A DNA stretch of 64,000 nt from Eledone cirrhosa (lineage: Eukaryota). Made by a program: the position numbers and the translations under genes. The notes under the pieces are model-generated. The model was not told the origin of the DNA. It saw only the letters and a program-made list of their open reading frames with translations, and made no database searches. Positions 11,101 to 22,484 of the stretch are shown piece after piece. Each line of letters opens with the position of its first letter. Within the stretch, counting starts at the first letter, position 1. Location: positions 128,712,001 through 128,776,000 of the forward strand of contig OZ024744.1 in NCBI GenBank assembly GCA_964016885.1, read 5' to 3'.

Positions 11101-14100
11101 TAAGTTGGGGTTAAGTTAAGTTGGGGTTACGTTAAGTTGGGGGTAAGTCAAGTTGGTGTTAAGTTAAGTTGGCGGTAAGTTAAGATGGGGTTAAGTTAAG
11201 TTGGGGTTAATTTAATTTGGGGTTAAGTTAAGTTAGGGTTAAGTTAAGTTGGGGTTGAGTTAAGTTGGGGTTAAGTTAAGTTGGGGTTATGTTAAGTTGG
11301 GGTTAAGTTAAGTTGGGGTTAAGTTAAGTTGGGGTTATGTTAAGTTGGGGTTAAGTTAAGTTGGGGTTAAGTTAAGTTGGGGTTCAATTAAGTTGGGGTT
11401 AAGTTAAGTTGGGGTTATGTTAAGTTGGTGTTAAGTTAAGTTGGGGTTAAGTTAAGTTGGGGTTAAGTTAGGTTGGTGTTAATTTAAGTTGGGGGTAGGT
11501 TAAGTTGGGGTAAGTTAAGTTGGTGTTAAGTTAAGTTGGGGTTAAGTTAAGTTGGCGTTAAGTTAAGTTGGGTTTAAGTTAAGTTGGGGCTAAGTTAAGT
11601 TAGGGCTAAGTTAAGTTGGGGTTAAGTAAAGTTAGGGCTAAGTTAAGTTGGGGTTAAGTTAAGTTGGGGTTAATTTAAGTTGGGGTTACATTAAGTTGAT
11701 GTTAAGTTAAGTTGGGGTTAAGTTAAGTTGGGGTTAAGTTAAGTTGGGGTTAAATTAAGTTGGGGTTAAATTAAGTTGGGGTTAAGTTAAGTTGGGGTTA
11801 AGTTAGGTTGGTGTTAAGTTAAGTTGGGGTTAAGTTAATTTGTGGTTAAGTTAAGTTGGGGTTAAGTTAAGTTGGGGTTAAGTTCAGTCGGGGTTAAGTT
11901 AAGTCGGGGTTAAGTTAAGTTGGGGTTAAGTTAAGTTGCGGTTAAGTTAAGTTGGGGTTAATTTAAGTTGGGGTTAAGTTAATTAGGGTTAAGTTAAGTT
12001 GGGGTTAAGTTAAGTTGGGGTTAAGTTAAGTTGGGGTTAAGTTAAGTTGGGTTTAAGTTAAGTTGGGGCTAAGTTAAGTTAGGGCTAAGTTAAGTTGGGG
12101 TTAAGTTAAGTTGGGGTTAATTTAAGTTGGGGTTACATTAAGTTGAGGTTAAGTTAAGTTGTGGTTAAGTTAAGTTAGGGTTAATTTAAGTTAGGGTTAT
12201 GTTAAGTTGGGGTTAAGTTAAGTTGGGGTTAAGTTAGGTTGGTGTTAAGTTAAGTTGGGGTTAAGTTAAGTTGGGGTTATGTTAAGTTGGGGTTAAGTTA
12301 AGTTGGGGTTAAGTTAAGTTAGGGTTGAGTTAAGTTGGGGTTGAGTTAAGTTGGGGTTGAGTGAAGTTGGGGTTAAGTTAAGTTGGGGTTAAATTAAGTT
12401 GGGGTTAAGTTAAGTTGGGGTTGAGTTAAGTTGGGGTTAATTTAAGTTGGGTTTAAGTTAAGTTGGGTTTAAGTTAAGTTGGGGTTGAATTAAGTTGGGG
12501 TTAAATTAAGTTGGGGTTAAGTTAAGTTGGGGGTAAGTTAAGTTGGGGGCAAGTTAAGTTGGGGTTAAGTTAAGTTGGGGTTAAGTTAAGTTGGGGTTAA
12601 TTTAAGTTGGGGTTATGTTAAGTTGGGGTTAAGTTAAGTTGGGGTTAAGTTAAGTTGGGGTTAAGTTAAGTTGGTGTTAAGTTAAGTTGGGGGTAAGTTA
12701 CGTTAGGGCTAAGTTACGTTGGGGTTAACTTAACCCCAACTTAACTTAACCCCAACTTAACTTAGACCCAACTTAACTGAGCCCCAACTTAACTTAACCC
12801 CAACGTAACTTAGCCCTAACGTAACTTACCCCCAACTTAACTTAACCCCAACTTAACTTAACCCCAACTTAACTTACCCCCAACTTAACTTACCCCCACC
12901 TTAACTTACCCCCAACTTAACTTAACCCCAACTTAACTTAACTTAACCCCAACTTAAGTTAAGTTTGGGTTAAGGTTGGGGTTAAATTAAGTTGGGGTTA
13001 AGTTAAGTTGGGGTTAAGTTAAGTTGGGGTTAAGTTAAGTTGGGGGTAAGTTAAGTTGGGGTTAAGTTAAGTTGGGGTTAAGTTAAGTTGGGGTTAAGTT
13101 AAGTTCGGGTTAAGTTAAGTTGGTGTTAAGTTAAGTTGGGGCTGAGTTAAGTTGGGGCTAAGTTAAGTTGGGTCTAAGTTAAGTTGGGGTTAAGTTAAGT
13201 TGAGGTTAAGTTAAGTTGGTGTTAAATTAAGTTGGGGTTAAATTAAGTTGGTGTTAAGTTAAGTTGGGGTTAAGTTAAGTTGGGGTTAATTAAGTTGGGG
13301 TTAAGTTAAGTTGGGGTTAAGTTAATTGGGGTTAAATTAAGTTAGGGTTGAGTTAAGTTGGGGTTAAGTTAAGTTGGGGTTATATTAAGTTGGGGTTAAG
13401 TTAAGTTGGGGTTAAGTAAAGTTGGGGTTCAGTTAATTTGGGGTTAAGTGAAGTTAGGGTTAAGTTAAGTTGGGGTTGAGTTAAGTTGGGGGTAAGTTAA
13501 GTTGGGGTTATGTTAAGTTGGGGTTACGTTAAGTTGGGTTTAAGTTAAGTTGGGGTTAAGTTAAGTTGGGGTTAAGTTAAGTTGGGGTTAATTTAAGTTG
13601 GGGTTAAGTTAATTTGGGCTTAATTTAAGTTGGGGTTAAGTTAAGTTGGGGTTAAGTTAAGTTGGGGTTAAATTAAGTTGGGCTTAAGTTAAGTTGGGGT
13701 TAAGTTAAGTTGGGGTTAAGTTAATTTGGGGTTAAGTTAAGTTAGGGTAAAGTTAAGTTGGGGTTGAGTTAAGTTGGGGTAAGTTAAGTTGGGGTTAAGT
13801 TAAGTTGGGGTTAAGTTAAGTTGGGGTTAAGTTAAGTTAGGCTTAACTTAAGTTGGGGTTAAGTTAAGTTGGGGGTGAGTTAAGTTGGGGGTAAGTTAAG
13901 TTGGGGTTAAGTTAAGTTGGGGTTAAGTTGGGGTTAAGTTAAGTTAGGGTTAAGTTAATTTGGGGTTGAGTTAAGTTGGGGTTAAGTTAAGTGGTGGTTA
14001 TGTTAAGTTGGGGTTAAGTTAAGTTGGGGTTAATTTAAATTGGGGTTAATTTAAATTTGTTGTTAAGTTAAGTTGGGGTTAATTTAAGTTGGGGTTAAGT

Positions 14101-17100
14101 TAAGTTGGGGTTGAGTTAAGTTGTGGTTGAGTGAAGTTGGGGTTAAGTTAAGTTGGGGTTAAATTAAGTTGGGGTTAAGTTAAGTTGGGGTTGAGTTAAG
14201 TTGGGGTTAATTTAAGTTGGGGCTAAGTTAATTTGGGGTTAAGTTAAGTTGGGGTTAAATTAAGTTGGGGTTAAGTTAAGTTGGGGTTAAGTTAAGTTGG
14301 GGTTAAGTTAATTTGGGGTTAAGTGAAGTTAGGGTTAAGTTAAGTTGGGGCTGAGTTAAGTTGGGGGTAAGTTAAGTTGGGGTTATGTTAAGTTGGGGTT
14401 AAGTTAAGTTGGGGTTAAGTTAAGTTGGGGTTCAGTTAAGTTGCGGTTAAGTTAAGTTGGGGTTAAGTTAAGTTGGGGTTAAGTTAAGTTGGGGTTAATT
14501 TAAGTTGTGGTTAAGTTAAGTTGGGGTTAAGTTAAGTTGGGGTTAAATTCAGTCGGGGTTAAGTTAAGTCGGGGTTAAGTTACGTTGGGGTTAAGTTAAG
14601 TTGGGGTTAAGTTAAGTTGGGGTTGAGTTAAGTTGGGGTTAAGTTAAGTTGGGGTTAAGTTAAGTTGGGGTTAAGTTAAGTTGGGGTTAATTTAAGTTGG
14701 GGTTAAGTTAAGTTGGGGTTAATTTAAGTTGGGGTTAATTTAAGTTGGGGTTAAGTTAAGTTGGGGTTAAGTTAAGTTGGGGTAACGTTAAGTTGGGGGT
14801 AAGTTAAGTTGGGGTTAAGTTAAGTTGGGGTTAAGTTGGGGTTAAGTTAAGTTAGGGTTAACTTAAGTTGGGGTTGTGTTAAGTGGTGGTTATGTTAAGT
14901 GGTGGTTATGTTAAGTTGGGGTTAAGTTAAGTTGGGGTTAAGTTAAGTTGGGGTTAAGTTAAGTTGGGGTTAAGTTAATTAGGGTTAAGTTAAGTTGGGT
15001 TTAAGTTAAGTTGGGGTTAAGTTAATTTGTGGTTAAGTTAAGTTGGGGTTAAGTTAAGTTGGGGATAAGTTAAGTTGGGGATAAGTTAAGTTGGGGTTAA
15101 TTAAGTTGGGTTTAAGTTAAGTTGGGGTTAAGTTAAGTCGGGGTTAAGTTAAGTTGGGGTTAAGTTAAGTTGGTTAGTTAAGTTGAGTTTAAGTTAAGTT
15201 GGGGTTAATTTAAGTTGGGGTTAAGTTAAGTTGGGGTTAAGTTAAGTTGGGGTTAAGTTGGGGTAAAATTAAGTTGGGGTTAAGTTAAGTTGGGGTTAAG
15301 TTAAGTTGCGGTTAAGTTAAGTTGCCGTTAAGTTAAGTTGGGGTTAAGTTAAGTTGGGGTTAAGTTAAGTTGGGGCTAAGTTAAGTTGGGGCTAAGTTAA
15401 GTTGGGGTTAAGTTAACTTTGGGTTAAGTTAAGTTGGGTTTGAGTTAAGTTGGGGTTAATTAAGTTGGGGTTAAGTTAAGTTGGGGTTAAGTTGGGGTTA
15501 AGTTAAGTTGCGGTTAAGTTAAGTTGATGTTAAGTTAAGTTGGGGTTAAGTTAAGTTGGGGTTAAGTTAAGTTGGGGCTAAGTTAAGTTGGAGCTGAGTT
15601 AAGTTGGGGCTAAGTTAAGTTGGGGTTAAGTTAAGTTGGGGTTAAGTTAAGGTGGGGTTAAGTTAAGTTGGGGTCAACTTAAGTTGGGGTTAAGTTAAGT
15701 TGGGGTTAACTTAAGTTGGGGTTAAGTTAAGTTGGGGTTAAGTTAAGTTGGGGTTAAGTTAAGTTGGGGTTACGTTAAGTTGGGGGTAAGTCAAGTTGGT
15801 GTTAAGTTAAGTTGGCGGTAAGTTAAGATGGGGTTAAGTTAAGTTGGGGTTAATTTAATTTGGGGTTAAGTTAAGTTAGGGTTAAGTTAAGTTGGGGTTG
15901 AGTTAAGTTGGGGTTAAGTTAAGTTGGGGTTATGTTAAGTTGGGGTTAAGTTAAGTTGGGGTTAAGTTAAGTTGGGGTTCAATTAAGTTGCGGATAATTT
16001 AAGTTGGGGTTAAGTTAAGTTGGGGTTAAGTTAAGTTGCGGTTAAGTTAAGTTGCCGTTAAGTTAAGTTGAGGTTAAGTTAAGTTGGGGTTAAGTTAAGT
16101 TGGGGTTAAGTTAAGTTGGGGCTAAGTTAAGTTGGGGCTAAGTTAAGTTGGGGTTAAGTTAACTTTGGGTTAAGTTAAGTTGGGTTTGAGTTAAGTTGGG
16201 GTTAATTAAGTTGGGGTTAAGTTAAGTTGGGGTTAAGTTGGGGTTAAGTTAAGTTGCGGTTAAGTTAAGTTGATGTTAAGTTAAGTTGGGGTTAAGTTAA
16301 GTTGGGGTTAAGTTAAGTTGGGGCTAAGTTAAGTTGGAGCTGAGTTAAGTTGGGGCTAAGTTAAGTTGGGGTTAAGTTAAGTTGGGGTTAAGTTAAGGTG
16401 GGGTTAAGTTAAGTTGGGGTCAACTTAAGTTGGGGTTAAGTTAAGTTGGGGTTAACTTAAGTTGGGGTTAAGTTAAGTTGGGGTTAAGTTAAGTTGGGGT
16501 TAAGTTAAGTTGGGGTTACGTTAAGTTGGGGGTAAGTCAAGTTGGTGTTAAGTTAAGTTGGCGGTAAGTTAAGATGGGGTTAAGTTAAGTTGGGGTTAAT
16601 TTAATTTGGGGTTAAGTTAAGTTAGGGTTAAGTTAAGTTGGGGTTGAGTTAAGTTGGGGTTAAGTTAAGTTGGGGTTATGTTAAGTTGGGGTTAAGTTAA
16701 GTTGGGGTTAAGTTAAGTTGGGGTTCAATTAAGTTGCGGATAATTTAAGTTGGGGTTAAGTTAAGTTGGGGTTAAGTTAAGTTGGGGTTAATTTAAGTTG
16801 GGGTTAAATTAAGTTGGGGTTAAATTAAGTTGGGGTTAAGTTAAGTTGGGGTTATGTTAAGTTGGTGTTAAGTTAAGTTGGGGTTAAGTTAAGTTGGGGT
16901 TAAGTTAGGTTGGTGTTAATTTAAGTTGGGGGTAAGTTAAGTTGGGGTAAGTTAAGTTGGTGTTAAGTTAAGTTGGGGTTAAGTTAAGTTGGGGTTAAGT
17001 TAAGTTGGGGTTCAATTAAGTTGCGGGTAATTTAAGTTGGGGTTAAGTTAAGTTGGGGGTACGTTAAGTTGGGGGTAAGTTAAGTTGGGGTTAAGTTAAG

Positions 17101-18344
17101 TTGGGGTTAAGTTAAGTCGGGGTTAATTTAAGTTGCGGTTAAGTTAAGTTGGGGTTAAGTTAAGTTGGGGTTAAGTTAAGTTGGGATTAAGTTAAGTTGG
17201 GGTTAAGTTAAGTTGGGGTTGAGTTAAGTTGGGGTTAAGTTAGATTATTGTTAATTTATTTTGGGGTTAAGTTAAGTTGGGGTTAAGTTAAGTTGGGGTT
17301 AATTTAAGTTGGGGTTAAGTTAAGTGGGGGTTAAGTTGAGTTGGGGTTAAGTTAAGTTGGGGTTAAGTTAAGTTGGGGTTAAGATAAGTTGGGGTTAAGT
17401 TAAGTTGGGGTTGAGTTAAGTTCGGGTTGAGTTAATTTGGGGTTAACTTAAGTTGGGGTTAACTTAAGTTGGGGTTAAGTTAAGTTGGGTTTATGTTAAG
17501 TTGGGGATAAGTTAAGTTGGGGTTAAGTTAAGTTGGGGTTCAATTAAGTTGCGGTTAATTTAAGTTGGGGTTAAGTTAAGTTGGGGTTAAGTTAAGTTGG
17601 GGTTAAGTTAAGTTGGGGTTAAATTAAGTAAGGGCTAAGTTAAGTTGAGGTTATGTTAAGTTGGTGTTAAGTTAAGTTGGGGTTAAGTTAAGTTGGGGTT
17701 AAGTTAAGTTGGGGTTTAAGTTAAGTTGGGGTTAAGTTAAGTTGGGGTTAATTTAATTTGGGGTTAAGTTAAGTTAGGGTTAAGTTAAGTTGGGGTTGAG
17801 TTAAGTTGGGGTTAAGTTAAGTTGGGGTTATGTTAAGTTGGGGATAAGTTAAGTTGGGGTTAAGTTAAGTTGGGGTTCAATTAAGTTGCGGTTAATTTAA
17901 GTTGGGGTTAAGTTAAGTTCGGGTTAAGTTAAGTTGGGGTTAAGTTAAGTTGGGGTTAACTTAAGTTAGGGCTAAGTTAAGTTGAGGTTATGTTAAGTTG
18001 GTGTTAAGTTAAGTTGGGGTTAAGTTAAGTTGGGGTTAAGTTAAGTTGGGGTTAAGTTAAGTTGGGTTTAAGTTAAGTTGGGGCTAAGTTAAGTTGGGGT
18101 TAAGTTAAGTTGGGGTTAAGTTAAGTTGGGGTTAAGTTAGGTTGGTGTTAAGTTAAGTTGGGGGTAAGTTAAGTTGGGGGTAAGTTAAGTTGGTGTTAAG
18201 TTAAGTTGGGGTTAAGTTAAGTTGGGGCTAAGTTAAGTTGGGTTTAAGTTAAGTTGGGTCTAAGTTAAGTTGGGGTTAAGTTAAGTTGGGGTTAACTTAA
18301 GTTGGGGGTAAGTTAAGTTGGGTTTGAGTTAAGTTGGGGTTAAG
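2179..18344 (+). repeat. 16-bp G-rich satellite array (TTAAGTTAAGTTGGGG)n, block 1
   Basis: Continuous 16-bp period with scattered substitutions and occasional 11-bp TTAAGTTGGGG units. G-rich on the + strand except at 12729-12955. Confidence 0.98.
12729..12955 (-). repeat. Inverted (C-rich) tract of the 16-bp satellite, copy 1 (227 bp)
   Basis: (CCCCAACTTAACTTAA)n begins at the hairpin GGGGTTAA-C-TTAACCCC and ends at the palindrome AACTT|AAGTT. Confidence 0.97.
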
Positions 18345-18790
18345 TTAGGTTTTTCGAAAACCTTATATAATCAATTTTTTTTAGGTTTTTCGAAAAATGT
18401 TATATAATCAATTTTTTTTAGGTTTTTCGAAAAACCTTATATAATCAATTTTTTTTTAGGTTTTTCGAAACACCTTATATAATCAATTTTTTTTAGGTTT
18501 TTCGAAAAACCTTATATAATCAATTTTTTTTAGGTTTTTTGAAAAACCTTATATAATCAATTTCTTTAGGTTTTTCGTAAAACCTTATATAATCAATTTT
18601 TTTAGGTTTTTCGAAAAACCTTATATAATTAATTTTTTTTAGGTTTTTCGAAATACCTTATATAATTAATTTTTTTTAGGTTTTTCGAAAAATCTTATAT
18701 AATTAATTTATATCTGATTTCAAATATTGATTTTTTTAGGTTTTTCGAAAACCTTATATAATCAATTTTTTTTAGGTTTTTCGAAAAAGA
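18345..18790. repeat. 36-38 bp palindromic minisatellite cluster (representative; present at both ends of each full island)
   Basis: About a dozen units of TTAGGTTTTTCGAAAAACCTTATATAATCAA(T)n. Length variation lies mostly in the T-run. The 18-bp core AGGTTTTTCGAAAAACCT is a perfect palindrome in consensus units. Confidence 0.93.
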
Positions 18791-20744
18791 ATGAATTCAT
18801 ATTCGAAATATATACTTCTGCATTAATCTTTTTACGTTTTTCTGATTTTTTGCATGTTTTGAAATTTAAAAAAAACGTAAAAAATTAATGCTTTTACAAA
18901 TATTTTGAAATATTTACTTTCTGGTTTCAAATTTTGCAAATTAAATTTTTTTCTAAAAAAATCAGTTTTCGAAATCAGAAGTTAATATTTCGAAAAACGC
19001 AATTTAAAAAACTCATATTAATTTTTTTTCGAATGAAGTTTTTTTATGCTTTTAGAAATATTTATATCTGATTTAAAATATTGATTTTTTTAGGTTTACC
19101 TTATATAATCAAACAAATTTTTTTAGGTTTTTCGAAATATCTTATATAATCAATTTTTTTTAGGTTTTTCGAAAAAGAATGAATTTGAGTTCATAGTCGA
19201 AATATATACTTCTGCATTAATCTTTGATTTTTTGCATGTTTTGAAATCTAAAAAAAACGTAAAAAATTAATGCTTTTACAAATATTTTGAAATATTTACT
19301 TTCTGGTTTCTAAGTTTGCAAATTAAATTTTTTTCGAAAAACCTAAAAAAAATCAGTTTTTGAAATCAGAAGTTAATATTTCGAAAAACGCAATTTGAAA
19401 AACTCATATTAATTTTTTTTCGAATGAAGTTTTTTATACTTTTAGAAATATTTATATCTGATTTCAAATATTGATTTTTTTAGGTTTTTCGAAAAAGAAT
19501 GAATTTGAGTTCATAGTCGAAATATATATTTCTGCATTAATCTTTTTACGTTTTTCTGATTTTTTGCATGTTTTGAAATTTAAAAAAAACGTAAAAAATC
19601 AATATTTCGAAAAACGCAATTTGAAAAACTCATATTCATTTTTTTTCGAATGAATTCTTTCATACTTTTAGAAATATTTATATCTGATTTTAAATATTGA
19701 TTTTTTTAGGTTTACCTTATATAATCAAATTTTTTTAGGTTTTTCGAAAAAGAATGAATTTGAGTTCATAGTCGAAATATATACTTCTGCATTAATCTTT
19801 TTACGTTTTTCTGATTTTTTGCATGTTTTGAAATTTAAAAAAAAACGTAAAAAATTAATGGTTTTACAAATATTTTGAAATATTTACTTTCTGGTTTCGA
19901 ATTTTGCAAATTAAATTTTTTTCGAAAAAAACCTAAAAAAATCAGTTTTCGAAATCAGAAGTTAATATTTCGAAAAACGCAATTTGAAAAACTCATATTA
20001 ATTTTTTTTCGAATGAAGTTTTTTTATGCTTTTAGAAATATTTATATCTGATTTCCAATATTGATTTTTTTTAGGTTTTTCGAAAAAGAATGAATTTGAG
20101 TTCATAGTCGAAATATATATTTCTGCATTGATCTTTGATTTTTTGCATGTTTTGAAATTTAAAAAAAAAGTAAAAAATTAATGATTTTACAAATATTTTG
20201 AAATATTTACTTTCTGGTTTCAAAGTTTGCAAATTAAATTTTTTTCGAAAAACCTAAAAAAAATCAGTTTTCGAAATCAGAAGTTAATATTTCGAAAAAC
20301 GCAATTTAAAAAACTCATATTAATTTTTTTTCGAATGAATTCTTTTAGAAATATTTATATCTGATTTCAAATATTGATTTTTTTAGGTTTACCTTATATA
20401 ATCAATTTTTTTTAGGTTTTTCAAAAACCTTATATAATCAATTTTTTTTAGGTTTTTCGAAAAACCTTACATAATCAATTTTTTTTAGGTTTTTTCGAAA
20501 AACCTTATATAATCAATTTTTTACGTTTTTAGAAAAACCTTATATAATCAATTTTTTTTATACTTTTAGAAATATTTATATCTTATTTCAAATATTGATT
20601 TTTTTTAGATTTTTCGAAATACCTTATATAATCAATTTTTTTTAGGTTTTTCGAAAGACCTTATATAATCAATTTTTTTTAGGTTTTTCGAAAAACCTTA
20701 TATAATCAATTTTTTTAGGTTTTTCGACAACCTTATATAATCAA
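18345..20744. repeat. AT-rich composite island 2 (2,400 bp)
   Basis: Near-identical to island 1 at offset 18,566. Left junction GGGGTTAAG|TTAGGTTTTTCGAAAA; same right junction as island 1. Confidence 0.95.
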
Positions 20745-22484
20745 GTTGAGTTTAAGTTAAGTTGGGATTAATTTAAGTTGGGGTTAAGTTAAGATGGGGT
20801 TAAGTTATGTTGAGGTTAAGTTAAGTTGGGGTTAAATTAAGTTGGGGTTAAGTTAAGTTGGGGTTAAGTTAAGTTGGGGTTAGGTTAAGTTGGGTTTAAG
20901 TTAAGTTGGGGATAAGTTAAGTTGGGGTTAAGTTAAGTTGGGTTTAAGTTAAGTTGGGGTTAAGTTAAGTTGGGGTTAAGTTAAGTTGGGGTTAAGTTAA
21001 GTTGGGGTTGAGTGAAGTTGGGGTTAAGTTAAGTTGGGGTTAAATTAAGTTGGGGTTAAGTTAAGTTGGGGTTGAGTGAAGTTGGGGTTAAGTTAAGTTG
21101 GGGTTAAATTAAGTTGGGGTTAAGTTTAGTTGGGGTTGAGTTAAGTTGGGGTTAATTTAAGTTGGGGCTAAGTTAATTTGTGGTTAAGTTAAGTTGGGGT
21201 TAAGTTAAGTTGGGGTTAAGTTAAGTTGGGGTTGAGTTAAGTTGGGGTTAAGTTAAGTTGGGTTTAAGTTAAGTTGGGGTTAAATTAAGTTGGGGTTAAA
21301 TTAAGTTGGGGTTAAGTTAAGTTGGGGGTAAGTTAAGTTGGGGGCAAGTTAAGTTGGGGTTAAGTTAACTTGGGGTTAAGTTAAGTTGGGGTTAATTTAA
21401 GTTGGGGTTATGTTAAGTTGGGGTTAAGTTAAGTTGGGGTTAAGTTAAGTTGGGGCTAAGTTAAGTTGGAGCTAAGTTAAGTTGGGGCTAAGTTAAGTTG
21501 GGGTTAAGTTAAGTTGGGGTTAAGTTAAGGTGGGGTTAAGTTAAGTTGGGGTCAACTTAAGTTGGGGTTAAGTTAAGTTGGGGTTAACTTAAGTTGGGGT
21601 TAAGTTAAGTTGGGGTTAAGTTAAGTTGGAGTTAAGTTAAGTTGGGGTTACGTTAAGTTGGGGGTAAGTTAAGTTGGTGGTAAGTTAAGTTGGGGGTAAG
21701 TTAAGATGGGGTTAAGTTAGGGTTAAGTTAAGTTAGGGTTAAGTTAATTTGGGGTTGAGTTAAGTTGGGGTTAAGTTAAGTGGTGGTTATGTTAAGTTGG
21801 GGTTAAGTTAAGTTGGGGTTAATTTAAATTGGGGTTAATTTAAATTTGTTGTTAAGTTAAGTTGGGGTTAATTTAAGTTGGGGTTAAGTTAAGTTGGGGT
21901 TGAGTTAAGTTGGGGTTGAGTGAAGTTGGGGTTAAGTTAAGTTGGGGTTGAGTTAAGTTGGGGTTAATTTAAGTTGGGGCTAAGTTCATTTGGGGTTCAG
22001 TTAAGTTGGGGTTAAATTAAGTTGGGGTTAAGTTAAGTTGGGGTTAAGTTAAGTTGGGGTTAAGTTAATTTGGGGTTAAGTGAAGTTAGGGTTAAGTTAA
22101 GTTGGGGTTGAGTTAAGTTGGGGGTAAGTTAAGTTGGGGTTATGTTAAGTTGGGGTTACGTTAAGTTGGGTTTAAGTTAAGTTGGGGTTAAGTTAAGTTG
22201 GGGTTAATTTAAGTTGGGGTTAAGTTAAGTTGGGATTAATTTAAGTTGGGGTTAAGTTAAGTTGGGGTTAAGTTAAGTTGGGGTTAAATTAAGTTGGGGT
22301 TAAGTTAAGTTGGGGTTAAGTTAAGTTGGGGTTAAGTTAATTTGGGGTTAAGTTAAGTTAGGGTAAAGTTAAGTTGGGGTTGAGTTAAGTTGGGGTAAGT
22401 TAAGTTGGGGTTAAGTTAAGTTGGGGTTAAGTTAAGTTGGGGTTAAGTTAAGTTAGGCTTAACTTAAGTTGGGGTTAAGTTAAG
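20745..22484 (+). repeat. 16-bp G-rich satellite, short block 2
   Basis: Same variant order as 2179-~3920, then cut abruptly at ...GGTTAAGTTAAG|TTTTTTTCGAAAAACC. Confidence 0.97.

Noticed and set aside
12721-12737. Telomere-telomere fusion point (G-strand meeting C-strand)
   Set aside because: Orientation reverts after ~230 bp, the tract copies its own flank, and it recurs three times. A local template switch explains this better.
2179-18344. Coding potential or repeat protein in the G-rich array
   Set aside because: TTAA puts TAA stops on both strands, and the 16-bp period cycles them through all frames.
18345-18790. CRISPR-like 36-37 bp palindromic repeats
   Set aside because: Units are head-to-tail with no unique spacers, no leader and no cas genes, so this is a minisatellite.
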